Source: an uncultured Chloroflexia bacterium (GTDB lineage: Bacteria > Chloroflexota > Limnocylindria > Limnocylindrales > CSP1-4). Taken from it: a DNA stretch of 64,000 nt. Positions 28,509 through 37,884 of the stretch are shown here, piece by piece. Where the stretch lies: the NCBI GenBank assembly GCA_963712745.1, contig CAVQJC010000011.1, forward strand, positions 289,617-353,616. The letters are read 5' to 3'. The notes beneath the pieces are model-generated. The model was not told where the DNA came from. It searched no databases and was given only the letters and a program-made list of their open reading frames with translations. Position numbers and translations under genes: made by a program. The first letter of the stretch is position 1. Each line of letters opens with the position of its first letter.

Positions 28509-28621
28509 GCGACGACGTCAGGATACCAAATCACCGCCACACCCCCTCTCGGCCGCCAGACGAGAGGCCCCCGCTCTTTGGTAGCGTTGGGGCACGCCCG
28601 AACGTCGTCGCTGGAGACCCC

Positions 28622-30241
28622 GTGCCCGAGATCATCCATGGCATCGAACGCCGCCCGTTGGAGTCCGGCAAATCGCTGTTCGATTATGCCGACGAGGTCT
28701 CGGTCGCCGTTCCCCAATCGTGTGGCCGCTCGGGCCGCTGCCGCGAGTGCGTGGTCGAGGTCCGCCAGGGCGGTGATGCCCTCTCGCCCCGCACCGAAGC
28801 GGAGGAGTACCTGCCCGCCGATTTCCGGCTTGCCTGCCAGGCGGAGATCGTCTCGCTCGACCACGACGTCGAGTTCGCCATCATCCGCCGGCGCATGCAT
28901 ATCCTCGAGGAGGCCGGTGAGCCCATCACCGAGATCGACCCCGTCGTCACCACCACCGAGCACGCGGTGCTCTACGACGGCGTCACGCTGGACCTGCGCC
29001 GCCAGCACGTGCTGGGCCTGGCCGTCGACGTGGGCACGACCACGGTCGTCTTCCGTCTCATCGACCTGACCGACGGCCACGTCGTGAGCGGCGGTGCCTT
29101 CGAGAACCCCCAGCGCTTTGGCGGCAGCGACGTGATGAGTCGCATCGGGTATGAGCGCGACCACCCCGGCACCTTGCGCAAGGCTCTCCGGCGTGCGCTC
29201 AACGCGGGCCTCAAGGACATCTACAAGGAGCTGAGCATCGACCGCCACGAGGTCTACGAGGCCATGGTCGTGGCCAACTCCACGATGCGCGATCTCTTCT
29301 TCGACATCGACGTCCGGCCCATCGGCGAGATGCCCTACAAGTCGGTGACCGAGCTGGCCGTGCTCCGTGGCGAGACCGACTCCACCTGGGTCAGCAAGCG
29401 CGCCTACGAGCTGGGCATCCTCATCCACCCGCAGGCCCGCGTGGTCGGTGCTCCGCTCATCGCCAGCCACGTGGGCGGGGATGTGGCGGCTGACCTGGTC
29501 GCTACCGACTTCGGCTCGGCGCCCGGCTCCAGCCTGCTCATCGACATCGGCACCAACACCGAGATCGTGGCCACCGACGGCAAGCACATCGTGGCCGCGT
29601 CGAGCCCGGCCGGTCCGGCCTTCGAGGGCGGCATGCTGCGCTTCGGCATGGCCGGCGCTGACGGCGCCATCGAGGCGGTCCACATCAACGACGACGAGTT
29701 CGTCTACCAGGTCATCGGTGGCTACGAGCCCGAGGGCATCTGCGGCTCCGGCCTGGTCGACATCATCGCCGAGCTGCGCCGCCTCGAATGGATGAGCCCG
29801 GAGGGTCGCTTCATCCACGGCGGCAGCGAGTACGCCATCGCACCCCTGCGCGGCATCACCTTCTCGCGTTCCGACGCCAGCCAGCTGGCCCAGGCCAAGG
29901 CCTCCAACGCCTCGGGCCAGCGCATCCTGCTGCGGCGACTGGGCCTGGCCGCGGACGAGGTCGACCACATCTACCTCGCCGGCGGCTTCGCCAATGCCAT
30001 CGACATCGAGAACGCCATCGCCATCGGCTTCCTGGCCCAGGTCCGGCCAGAGCGTGTGGAGCGGGTCGGCAACTCCGCCCTGCGTGGCGCCACCATGCTG
30101 CTGCTTTCACGTCGGCGGCGCGAGTCGCTGAGCGAGCTCATCGGCCGCATCGAACACGTCGAGCTGGAGACCGAACCCGATTTCTTCGACCTCTTCGTCG
30201 ACGGCTGCCTCTTCCATCCCATCCCCACCGCCGCCGCATAG
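28622..30241 (+). CDS. RACo-like reductive activator of corrinoid proteins (N-terminal [2Fe-2S] ferredoxin + ASKHA/DUF4445 ATPase)
   Basis: 'SCGRSGRCRECVVEV...RLACQA' Cys pattern. 'LGLAVDVGTTTVVFRLIDL' and 'LIDIGTNTEIV' ASKHA phosphate motifs. 539 aa, GTG start. Confidence 0.8.
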   Translation: MPEIIHGIERRPLESGKSLFDYADEVSVAVPQSCGRSGRCRECVVEVRQGGDALSPRTEAEEYLPADFRLACQAEIVSLDHDVEFAIIRRRMHILEEAGEPITEIDPVVTTTEHAVLYDGVTLDLRRQHVLGLAVDVGTTTVVFRLIDLTDGHVVSGGAFENPQRFGGSDVMSRIGYERDHPGTLRKALRRALNAGLKDIYKELSIDRHEVYEAMVVANSTMRDLFFDIDVRPIGEMPYKSVTELAVLRGETDSTWVSKRAYELGILIHPQARVVGAPLIASHVGGDVAADLVATDFGSAPGSSLLIDIGTNTEIVATDGKHIVAASSPAGPAFEGGMLRFGMAGADGAIEAVHINDDEFVYQVIGGYEPEGICGSGLVDIIAELRRLEWMSPEGRFIHGGSEYAIAPLRGITFSRSDASQLAQAKASNASGQRILLRRLGLAADEVDHIYLAGGFANAIDIENAIAIGFLAQVRPERVERVGNSALRGATMLLLSRRRRESLSELIGRIEHVELETEPDFFDLFVDGCLFHPIPTAAA

Positions 30242-30389
30242 GGCGGCCACGGCCGACGTCGCAGCGTGGGCTGGACCCCGGTCCCTCCGCCGAGGTCGTA
30301 GTCCGTTCGGCAGTCGACACCGTCGTGAGGGCGCTGGCACCATCGAGGCAGGGCGCCGAGCTGGTGTGCCCCGTTCCGGAGGAATGGAC

Positions 30390-32036
30390 ATGACCGGTCG
30401 GGTCGTTTCGATCCTGTGTGCCGTGATGCTGCTGGCCACCACGCTCACTCCCCCGGCTGCGGGCCAGTCGCCTGAGCCGTCGCCCCAGCCTGAGCCATCG
30501 TCTCCGCCCGCGAGTGAGCCGCTCCGGATGCTCGACGGCCGCTACTCGTTCACCGCGACACCGCTGCCCGATGGGTCCGTGCTGGTCATCGGTGGCTCGG
30601 ATGGATGGAGTGTGCTCGGCTCGGCCGAGACGTTCGATCCGGCCACCCGTCGGTTCAGTGCCGTCGGCGTCCTCGAGCAGCCCCGCTTCGGGCACCAGGC
30701 CACCTCGCTCCCGGACGGCCGGGTCCTCGTCACCGGTGGTGCCTTGGAGTACTCGCAAGGCCTGTCTCTTGTCGAGGTCTACGATCCCGAGACCGCGTCT
30801 TTCACTGCGCTCGGTCGGCTCGCCGAGCAGCGTTTCCTGCACACGGCGACCGCGCTCGACGACGGCCAGGTCCTCATCACCGGTGGCTTCGTCGACCTTG
30901 AGGACGGACGCCCAACCTCCTCGGCAGAGCTGTTCGACCCGGCAACAGGCACCTCCTCCGTGGTCGGTGAGATGCACGCGGCTCGCGTGGGGCACGCAGC
31001 TGTGCGCCTGGACGACGGCCGCGTGGTGGCCATCGGCAGCCTGGCGGGCACTCCCGGAGAGGGCACGATGGAGGTCTACGATCCGGACCTGCAGCGCTTC
31101 CTTGCCCCGCGCGAGCTGGCCGCAGCGGTCAGCGGTCCCCAAGCCGTCCGCCTGGACGACGGCCGGGTCCTCGCGGTTTCGGCTCGATCGGTCGTCATCG
31201 CCGCAGATGCCGAGACCAGCGAGCCCATCGAGCGTCCGGACACCGGGGGCATGATGACCGCGACCTCGCTCGACGACGGCCGCGTGGTCGTCATCGGCAG
31301 CGGGCGCGACGAGGGGCCGGCGCTAGTCGAGGTCTTCGATCCGTCGAACGATACGTTCAGCCCGGCCGACCCGATGCGACTGACGCGCCAGGGCCACGTC
31401 GCCGTCAAGCTCGACGATGGAAACGTCCTCGTCCTCGGCGGCCTGGGCTGCATGCAGGTGCTCGACACCGCCGAGATCTGGGATCCGGACCAGATGTCGG
31501 CGGTGGCCGGCGGCTCGGAGTCCGACTGCGACCCGTACGCCGAGTCGACACCGCCTCCGCTCCCGAAGCTGGGCGCCACTACCTCGGGCGGTCGTATCGA
31601 GATGCCCGCTTCGGCCTTCGCCATCACGGTCCCCGATGACTGGACCGTCGAGATCGCCGACCCGGACACCGACGTCTTCACCGCGGAGCCCGGCTCGGCG
31701 TGGGAGGCGCTGCGCGCGACGTCACCCGACCGGACGATGGCCTGCTCGGTCGCGGTCGGTGTAGCCGAAGTCGCGCTGGAAGAACAATCAGGGACGGGAT
31801 CGGGCGGGGTCGGGACCCCGATGTGGGACCCGAACGAGCCGGGCCTCCTGCGGGTGCCGTCCCCGGTCGTCGAGGAGGGCGAGTCGTCCATCTCGATGTC
31901 CATGCCCATGGAGCGGCTGCAGCGTGAGCACGAGGGGCTCGAGCACGATGCCATGTACTCGATCCACTGCGTCGGGGACTCAGAGAGCGCGATAGAACGC
32001 CTCGGTCTTTCGCTGGAGTTCCTGCCCCAGCAGTAG
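30390..32036 (+). CDS. Secreted Kelch-repeat beta-propeller protein with an unassigned C-terminal domain
   Basis: Signal peptide, a Pro/Ser-rich linker, then about 6-7 repeats of 'LpDGrVLv.GG......aE.yDP.t..f'. Confidence 0.75.
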   Translation: MTGRVVSILCAVMLLATTLTPPAAGQSPEPSPQPEPSSPPASEPLRMLDGRYSFTATPLPDGSVLVIGGSDGWSVLGSAETFDPATRRFSAVGVLEQPRFGHQATSLPDGRVLVTGGALEYSQGLSLVEVYDPETASFTALGRLAEQRFLHTATALDDGQVLITGGFVDLEDGRPTSSAELFDPATGTSSVVGEMHAARVGHAAVRLDDGRVVAIGSLAGTPGEGTMEVYDPDLQRFLAPRELAAAVSGPQAVRLDDGRVLAVSARSVVIAADAETSEPIERPDTGGMMTATSLDDGRVVVIGSGRDEGPALVEVFDPSNDTFSPADPMRLTRQGHVAVKLDDGNVLVLGGLGCMQVLDTAEIWDPDQMSAVAGGSESDCDPYAESTPPPLPKLGATTSGGRIEMPASAFAITVPDDWTVEIADPDTDVFTAEPGSAWEALRATSPDRTMACSVAVGVAEVALEEQSGTGSGGVGTPMWDPNEPGLLRVPSPVVEEGESSISMSMPMERLQREHEGLEHDAMYSIHCVGDSESAIERLGLSLEFLPQQ

Positions 32037-32145
32037 TGTGAATGGCGGATGCCCGGCGCGGCCGCGGTCCCCTCATGACCGGTGCGGCTGCGGTCACCTC
32101 AAGATCGGTATCCGGTCGCGCGGTCGCAGGGCTGAGGGTCTGCCG

Positions 32146-32919
32146 TCAGCGAGCGGTCCAGCCGCCGTCGACCATCAGCGTGGTGCCGCTCACCAGTGCC
32201 GAGGCCGGCGAGGCCAGGAAGACGACCGCCCCGGCCACGTCCACCGGTTCGCCGATGCGGTGCAGGGCCGCGATGCGCTCCTCCACGTCTGCCTTGAAGG
32301 CCTCATCGGCCAGTGCCGGTGCCGTGCCCGGCGTGCGGATGAACGTGGGTGCGATGGCGTTGACGTTGATGCCGTAGCGACCCCACTCCACGGCATGACA
32401 CTTGGTCAGGTGCGACACCGCCGCCTTGGAGGCGCAGTAGATGGCCTCACCCGGGAGCGCGATGAAGCCGGCCTGCGAGCTGAGGTTGACGATGCGTCCG
32501 CCGCCCTGCTCGATCATCACTCGGCCGACTGCCTGGCTGACGAAGAAGAGCCCCTTCACGTTGAGGTCGAAGGTGGCATCGAAGTCAGCCTCGGTCCAAT
32601 CCTCCGCGGCAGCCTCCGCGGGGCCGATGCCGGCGTTGTTGACGAGGATGTCGATGCGGCCGAAGGTAGACCGCACGCTCTCGACCGCGGTCGAGATCTG
32701 TCCCAGGTCGAGCAGATCCATCTGCACCCGAACCGCACGCCGTCCCATGGCCTCGATCTCGGCCGCCAGATCCTCCGCATCGGTGCCCACCCGCAAGCCC
32801 AGCGCCACATCGGCCCCGGCATCTGCCAGCGCCAGGGAGATCGCCCGGCCCAGACCGCGCGCGGCGCCGGTCACCAGTGCGGTCCGGCCGTCGAGTCGGA
32901 AGTCGGGATAGTCGGTCAT
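32146..32919 (-). CDS. SDR-family oxidoreductase (KduD/glucose-dehydrogenase-like)
   Basis: 'GRTALVTGAARGLGRAI', 'NNAG', 'YCASKAAV' (YxxxK). 257 aa from ATG 32919. Confidence 0.85.
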   Translation of the reverse strand: MTDYPDFRLDGRTALVTGAARGLGRAISLALADAGADVALGLRVGTDAEDLAAEIEAMGRRAVRVQMDLLDLGQISTAVESVRSTFGRIDILVNNAGIGPAEAAAEDWTEADFDATFDLNVKGLFFVSQAVGRVMIEQGGGRIVNLSSQAGFIALPGEAIYCASKAAVSHLTKCHAVEWGRYGINVNAIAPTFIRTPGTAPALADEAFKADVEERIAALHRIGEPVDVAGAVVFLASPASALVSGTTLMVDGGWTAR

Positions 32920-33173
32920 CGGTCTTCTCCTGCGTTGCTCTCGGACGCGGACGAGCGCGACAGCGCCATCTTCGCCAGGCCGATCGCACCTGGCGGCGCA
33001 GCACATGCCCCCGCGCTCCTCGCCAAGCGGTAACGTTAGGCCTCAGCGGCAAGGTCCGTACGCCGAGCCACGCAGCCCCGTCGGTCACGGACGTGCGGCC
33101 CGTCACCGACGAGCTCATCGCCAGCGTCCGCGACCGCATCGTCGAGACGTACGGATCCGGAGGAGGACGGCTG

Positions 33174-34059
33174 ATGAAGCTGGGGATCAACCCTGCCACA
33201 GGGCTGTGACCGCGAGTACGTGGGCCTCGAGCCTCGCGAGGCGTGGCGGCGAACCGTCGACATCGCGAGGCAGTGCGAGGCAGCTGGCTTTGATTCGCTC
33301 TGGCTGTACGACCACTTCCAGGTCGACCCGCCGGTCATCGAGGCGCCCATCTTCGAGCCTCTGGTGGAGCTGGCGGCGCTGGCGACCGTGACGGAGCGGG
33401 CTCGTCTTGGCCATCTCGTCCTGGCCGCCGGCTATCGCAACCCCGCGCTCACGGCCAAGGCCATCTCGAGCGTGGATGTCATCAGCGGCGGACGGGCCGT
33501 GCTTGGCATCGGCGCGGGCTGGAAGGAGGACGAGTGGATCGCCTATGGCTACGGCTTCCCCGACCTCAAGACACGCCTGGCCATGTTGCGCGACTCCCTT
33601 GAGGTCATCAGTCGGATGCTCGGTCCCGGGCGAGCCACGTATGCAGGTGAGCACGCGCACGTCATCGACGCGGTCCACGAGCCGGTCGGTGCGGACGGCC
33701 CCGTGCCCATCCTCATCGGCGGCAATGGCCCCAACGTCACCTGGCGACTCGCGGCGCGCTTCGCCGATGAGCTCAACCTCGACGGCATGACACCGGCCCA
33801 GGTCACCGCCGCGCTGCCCGTCATCCACCAGCGCTGCGAGGAGATCGGACGCCAGCCCGAGAGCCTCAGGGTCTCAGCCCACATGTGGGGCCCGGCGGCT
33901 GACGTACGACCGGGTCGGGAGCGCACCGACCGCCTCCTCGAGTTCGACGACACCGGCCTGGACATGGTCGTCGTCCAGGGTTTCGTGGGCACGACCGATC
34001 CGGCGGCCCTCGACTCGCTCATCGAGGACTGTCAAGCGACCGGGTTCCTGTCGGCCTGA
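33174..34059 (+). CDS. LLM-class F420-dependent oxidoreductase with an apparent +1 frame break after about codon 5-7 (longest intact ORF 33220..34059)
   Basis: GGAGGAGG SD plus ATG 33174 gives MKLGIN.., then a stop. The +1 frame continues LPQGCDREYVGLEPREAW...AAGFDSLWLYDHF (typical LLM N-terminus). Confidence 0.75.
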
Positions 34060-34073
34060 CCCTGTCTACCTGG

Positions 34074-34125
34074 AATCGTCCATGGGGTCGATAGCGTCGA
34101 ATCATCCATGGGGTCGATAGCGTCG
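34074..34125. repeat. Tandem 26-bp duplication (AATCRTCCATGGGGTCGATAGCGTCG x2, 1 mismatch) in a convergent intergenic region
   Basis: Read directly from the sequence. Confidence 0.9.
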
Positions 34126-34278
34126 CTGCCGGCGACGCCTGGCTACGAAGGATCGGCACCATCCCGGTCTGAGACGGCGGCGAGCAAGACGGCCCGAAGC
34201 GGCGACCGGCGGCCGAGCTCTGTGCTCGACCGCCGGTCAGAGGAGGAGGACGAAAGGGGAGGGCCGCAGCCCGGCTGG

Positions 34279-35574
34279 CTAGCCGAGCGGGACCTGGTTT
34301 CGGAAGCCGTCGGCGTCCTCGAGGCGACGCTTGACGGCGTTGACGAAGTCGGCGCCTATCGCGCCATCGACGATGCGGTGGTCGGCGGTGAGTGTGATGC
34401 GCATCATCTGGCGGATGGCCATGCCGCCCCCATGGGGGCGGACCTCCGGCGTCACGCTGGACACGGCCAGGATGCCCGACTCACCGGGGTTGATGATGGC
34501 CGTGAACTGCTCCACGCCGAACATGCCCATGTTGCTGACCGAGAAGGTCGAACCGCTGAGGGCGTCCGGGGCCAGCGCGCCGTCACGAGCCGCGGTCACC
34601 GTCTCGACGGTCTTGTCGTGCAGGCCCTTGACGCTGAGCATGTCCGCATCGCGAACGACCGGCACGAGCAGGCCCGCGGGCACCGACACGGCCACGCCCA
34701 GGTGGACGTGCTCGTGCTTCCACACGCTCACACCATCGGTCGAGGCATTGAGCATGGGGAACTCGCCCAGCGCCTGGACCACGGCCACGTGGACGAAGTC
34801 GGTGACACTGATCTTGGAGCCGGCCGCCTTGAGCTGCGCCCGATAGACCAGCAGGTCAGTCATGTCGACCGCCACGGTGACCGTGAAGGTGGGCACCGAG
34901 CTGTTCTCGGTGAGCCGGCGCGCGATGGTCTGGCGCATGCGGCTGAGCGTCTCGCCCTCGCTCGCCACGTTCGTCGGTGCCGGCGGAGCGGCGAGTGGAG
35001 CCGCTTGGGCAGGGGAGGCCGCAGCGGGCGCGACCGCGGGTGCGCCCTCGGTGGCGGCACGCACGTCTCGTTCGACGATGCGACCGCCGGGGCCAGTGCC
35101 GGTGACCGAGCGGGGATCGACGCCGAGCTCGGCCGCCACACGGCTGGCGCGCGGGCTGATCTTGAGCTTGCCAACGGCGGGCGGAGCTAGCGGGGCAGGG
35201 GAGGCAGCCGGCGCACCTGCGAGTACCGGCGCCACGGGAGCGGGCGCCGTCGCGGGGGCCGGCGGGGCTGCCCCTTCCGCCTCAGCCGCCGCAGGGGCAG
35301 CCCCGCCGGCCGGCTCCGCCTCGGGCAGGTCCTCGCCGGGCTGGCCGATCCAGGCCACGATGGACTCCACCGGCACCGTCGCCCCCTCGGGTGCGTCGAT
35401 GCGCAGCAGCGTGCCCTCGTCGAAAGCCTCGATCTCCATGTTCGACTTGTCGGTCTCGATCTCGAAGAGCGGGTCGCCCTTGGCGATGGTGTCACCCTCG
35501 GCCTTGTACCACTGGAGCACGGTGCACTCCTCGGTCATCTGGCCGGGCATCGGCATGCGGATGGGGATGGCCAT
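34279..35574 (-). CDS. Dihydrolipoamide acyltransferase (E2) of a 2-oxoacid dehydrogenase complex
   Basis: Lipoyl domain 'EIETDKSNMEIEA', Ala/Pro linkers, E3-binding segment, catalytic domain with 'LTADHRIVDG'. Confidence 0.9.
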   Translation of the reverse strand: MAIPIRMPMPGQMTEECTVLQWYKAEGDTIAKGDPLFEIETDKSNMEIEAFDEGTLLRIDAPEGATVPVESIVAWIGQPGEDLPEAEPAGGAAPAAAEAEGAAPPAPATAPAPVAPVLAGAPAASPAPLAPPAVGKLKISPRASRVAAELGVDPRSVTGTGPGGRIVERDVRAATEGAPAVAPAAASPAQAAPLAAPPAPTNVASEGETLSRMRQTIARRLTENSSVPTFTVTVAVDMTDLLVYRAQLKAAGSKISVTDFVHVAVVQALGEFPMLNASTDGVSVWKHEHVHLGVAVSVPAGLLVPVVRDADMLSVKGLHDKTVETVTAARDGALAPDALSGSTFSVSNMGMFGVEQFTAIINPGESGILAVSSVTPEVRPHGGGMAIRQMMRITLTADHRIVDGAIGADFVNAVKRRLEDADGFRNQVPLG

Positions 35575-36560
35575 CAGATCAGCCCCTGCACGGCCGAGGC
35601 GATGTCGCTGGCGTTGGGCAGGAAGGCCGCCTCGAGCCCCTCGGCCTGCGGGCTGATGCCGTTGGCGGCACCGATGCGCGCGACCGGGGCGTCGAGATCG
35701 TCGAAGGCCTCAGCCACCACGCGGGCCACGATCTCGTTGACGTAGCTGCCCGAGAGGATGGCCTGGGCCGCGACGACGCAGCGGCCGGTCTTGGCCACCG
35801 AGGCCAGCACCGGCTCCATGTCCAGCGGCACCAGCGTGCGCAGGTCGATGACGTCGCACTCGATGCCCTCGCCGGCCAGCGTATCGGCCGCCTTGAGCGC
35901 ATCGGGCACAGCGGGACCCCAGGCCACGATGGTGGCGTCGCCACCCTCGCGCACCAGCTTGGACTTGCCCAGCGGCACGGTGTACTCACCCTCCGGCACC
36001 GGGCCGCGCGCCGCGTACAGGCCCTGGCTCTCACAGAAGAGCACCGGGTCGTCGGAGCGGATGGCGGACTTGAGCATGCCCTTGGCATCCTCGGCCGACG
36101 AGGGGTACACGACCACGAGCCCGGGCAGATGGGTGAAGAGCGACTCGAGCGATTGCGAGTGCTGGCCGCCGTAGCCCTTGCCTGCACCGACCGAGGCGCG
36201 GATGACCATGGGCACGGTCGTCTGGCCGCCGCTCATGAAGTGCCACTTGCCGGCCTGGTTGGCGATCTGGTCGCTGGCCATGAGCGCGAAGTCCATGTAC
36301 ATCAGCTCGACCACCGGACGCAGCCCGGCCATGGCCGCGCCCACGCCGGTGCCGATGATGGCGGCCTCGGAGATGGGGGTGTTGAAGACGCGGTCTCGGC
36401 CGAAGCGCTCCATCAGGCCCTTGCTGGCCTTGAAAGCACCGCCGTAGTCGGCCACGTCCTCGCCGTAGAAGATGACGCGCTCGTCGCGCTCCATCTCCTC
36501 GATCATGGCCTCACGCAGGGCGTCCTTCTGGAGCATGCCCGCCTCGGTGACCTTGGGCAC
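35574..36560 (-). CDS. 2-oxoacid dehydrogenase E1 component beta subunit (start GTG 36560 or ATG 36536)
   Basis: 'VIFYGEDVADYGGAFKASKGL...FGRDRVFNTPISEAAIIG'. TGATG overlap with the E2 start. Confidence 0.9.
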   Translation of the reverse strand: MPKVTEAGMLQKDALREAMIEEMERDERVIFYGEDVADYGGAFKASKGLMERFGRDRVFNTPISEAAIIGTGVGAAMAGLRPVVELMYMDFALMASDQIANQAGKWHFMSGGQTTVPMVIRASVGAGKGYGGQHSQSLESLFTHLPGLVVVYPSSAEDAKGMLKSAIRSDDPVLFCESQGLYAARGPVPEGEYTVPLGKSKLVREGGDATIVAWGPAVPDALKAADTLAGEGIECDVIDLRTLVPLDMEPVLASVAKTGRCVVAAQAILSGSYVNEIVARVVAEAFDDLDAPVARIGAANGISPQAEGLEAAFLPNASDIASAVQGLI

Positions 36561-36585
36561 GGGCGCGTCATCGTAGAGCGTGGGC

Positions 36586-37875
36586 TTAGCGTACTGCCCG
36601 GGCACCGACGTCGGTGGAGGTGCCGGCGTACATGAACTTGAGCACGTCCTCGGGCGCGGGGTCGGTGGCCTCCGAGGCGCGTTTGGCAGCCTTGGCGTTT
36701 CGCTCGGCGGCGGCCTTCCTGACCTTGGCCAGGCCCTCCTCATCGAGGATCTTGGTGTCAACCAGCTGGCGGCCCAGGTTCTCGATGGGGTCGACTGCTT
36801 TCCAGGCCTCTTCCTCCTCCTTGGTCCGGTATTCGTTGCGCGGGTCGGAGAGGGAGTGGCCGTAGTAGCGGTAGGTGGAGGCTTCGATGAGCACCGGGCC
36901 CTCGCCGTTGCGGCACATCTCCGCCGCCCGCGTGACGGCGTCGCGCACGGCCAGAACGTCCATGCCGTTGACGACCTCAGCGTGCATGCCATCGTCGGCG
37001 AAGCCGGCCCCTCGCTGGGCCAGGGTGCGCACGCCCATGACCTCGTCGTCGGTGCGGTGGGTCATGCCGTAATGGTTGTTCTGGATGACGTAGATGACGG
37101 GCAGGCCGTAGGTCTTGTCGCCGGCGAGGAAGTTCTTCCACTGGTACTGGCTGGCCCAGTTGAGCAATTCGAGTACCACGCCATTGGCGTAGGCGCCGTC
37201 ACCGGCGAAGCAGACGACGACGTCGTCGGTCTGCAGGTAGCGCTGGGCCATGGCGGCACCAGTAGCGATGGGCACCGAGCCACCCACGATGGCATTGGCG
37301 CCGAGATGGCCGGTCGACCAGTCACCGATGTGCATGCCGCCGCCGCGGCCGGCGCAGTAGCCCTCGTCCTTGCCGAAGAGCTCGGCGATGACGCGGTAGA
37401 TGTGCTCCTCGAGCGCATCGGCCAGCAGGCCGGCGCGGTCCTTGGCCTTCGACCAGGGCGCACGCTCCCTGAGCTGCTCGTCGGTCATCTGGCGGATGGC
37501 GCTGAAGCCCTTGGCGATGGCGTCGCCGTGCCCGCGGTGAGACGAGCTGATGCGGTCGGTGATGCCCAGCACCGATGAGGCGCCGACGGCCGTGCCCTCC
37601 TGGCCGATGGACACATGCGTGGGTCCGCGATAGGCGAAGCCCTGCAGCGGCTCGTAGCCGCCCGAGCGCAGCCGGACGATCATCTCCTCCAGCTCGCGGA
37701 TGGCGAGCATGTCGTCGAGCAGGTCGACTGCCGACTTGCCGTCGAGGTGATGGCCGCGCAGCTCGTAGGCCAGGTCGCCGCTGTACTGGAAGGCCTTGAC
37801 GGCCGGCGGCTGCACCGCGAACGGTTCGAACTCCGGACGCATGTCCGACTTGTAGAGCGTGCGGGTATCGGTCAT
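36586..37875 (-). CDS. 2-oxoacid dehydrogenase E1 component alpha subunit (TPP-dependent), with an N-terminal extension
   Basis: TPP motif region 'GDGAYANGVVLELLNWA'. 429 aa. Confidence 0.9.
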   Translation of the reverse strand: MTDTRTLYKSDMRPEFEPFAVQPPAVKAFQYSGDLAYELRGHHLDGKSAVDLLDDMLAIRELEEMIVRLRSGGYEPLQGFAYRGPTHVSIGQEGTAVGASSVLGITDRISSSHRGHGDAIAKGFSAIRQMTDEQLRERAPWSKAKDRAGLLADALEEHIYRVIAELFGKDEGYCAGRGGGMHIGDWSTGHLGANAIVGGSVPIATGAAMAQRYLQTDDVVVCFAGDGAYANGVVLELLNWASQYQWKNFLAGDKTYGLPVIYVIQNNHYGMTHRTDDEVMGVRTLAQRGAGFADDGMHAEVVNGMDVLAVRDAVTRAAEMCRNGEGPVLIEASTYRYYGHSLSDPRNEYRTKEEEEAWKAVDPIENLGRQLVDTKILDEEGLAKVRKAAAERNAKAAKRASEATDPAPEDVLKFMYAGTSTDVGARAVR

Positions 37876-37884
37876 CGATCCTCC

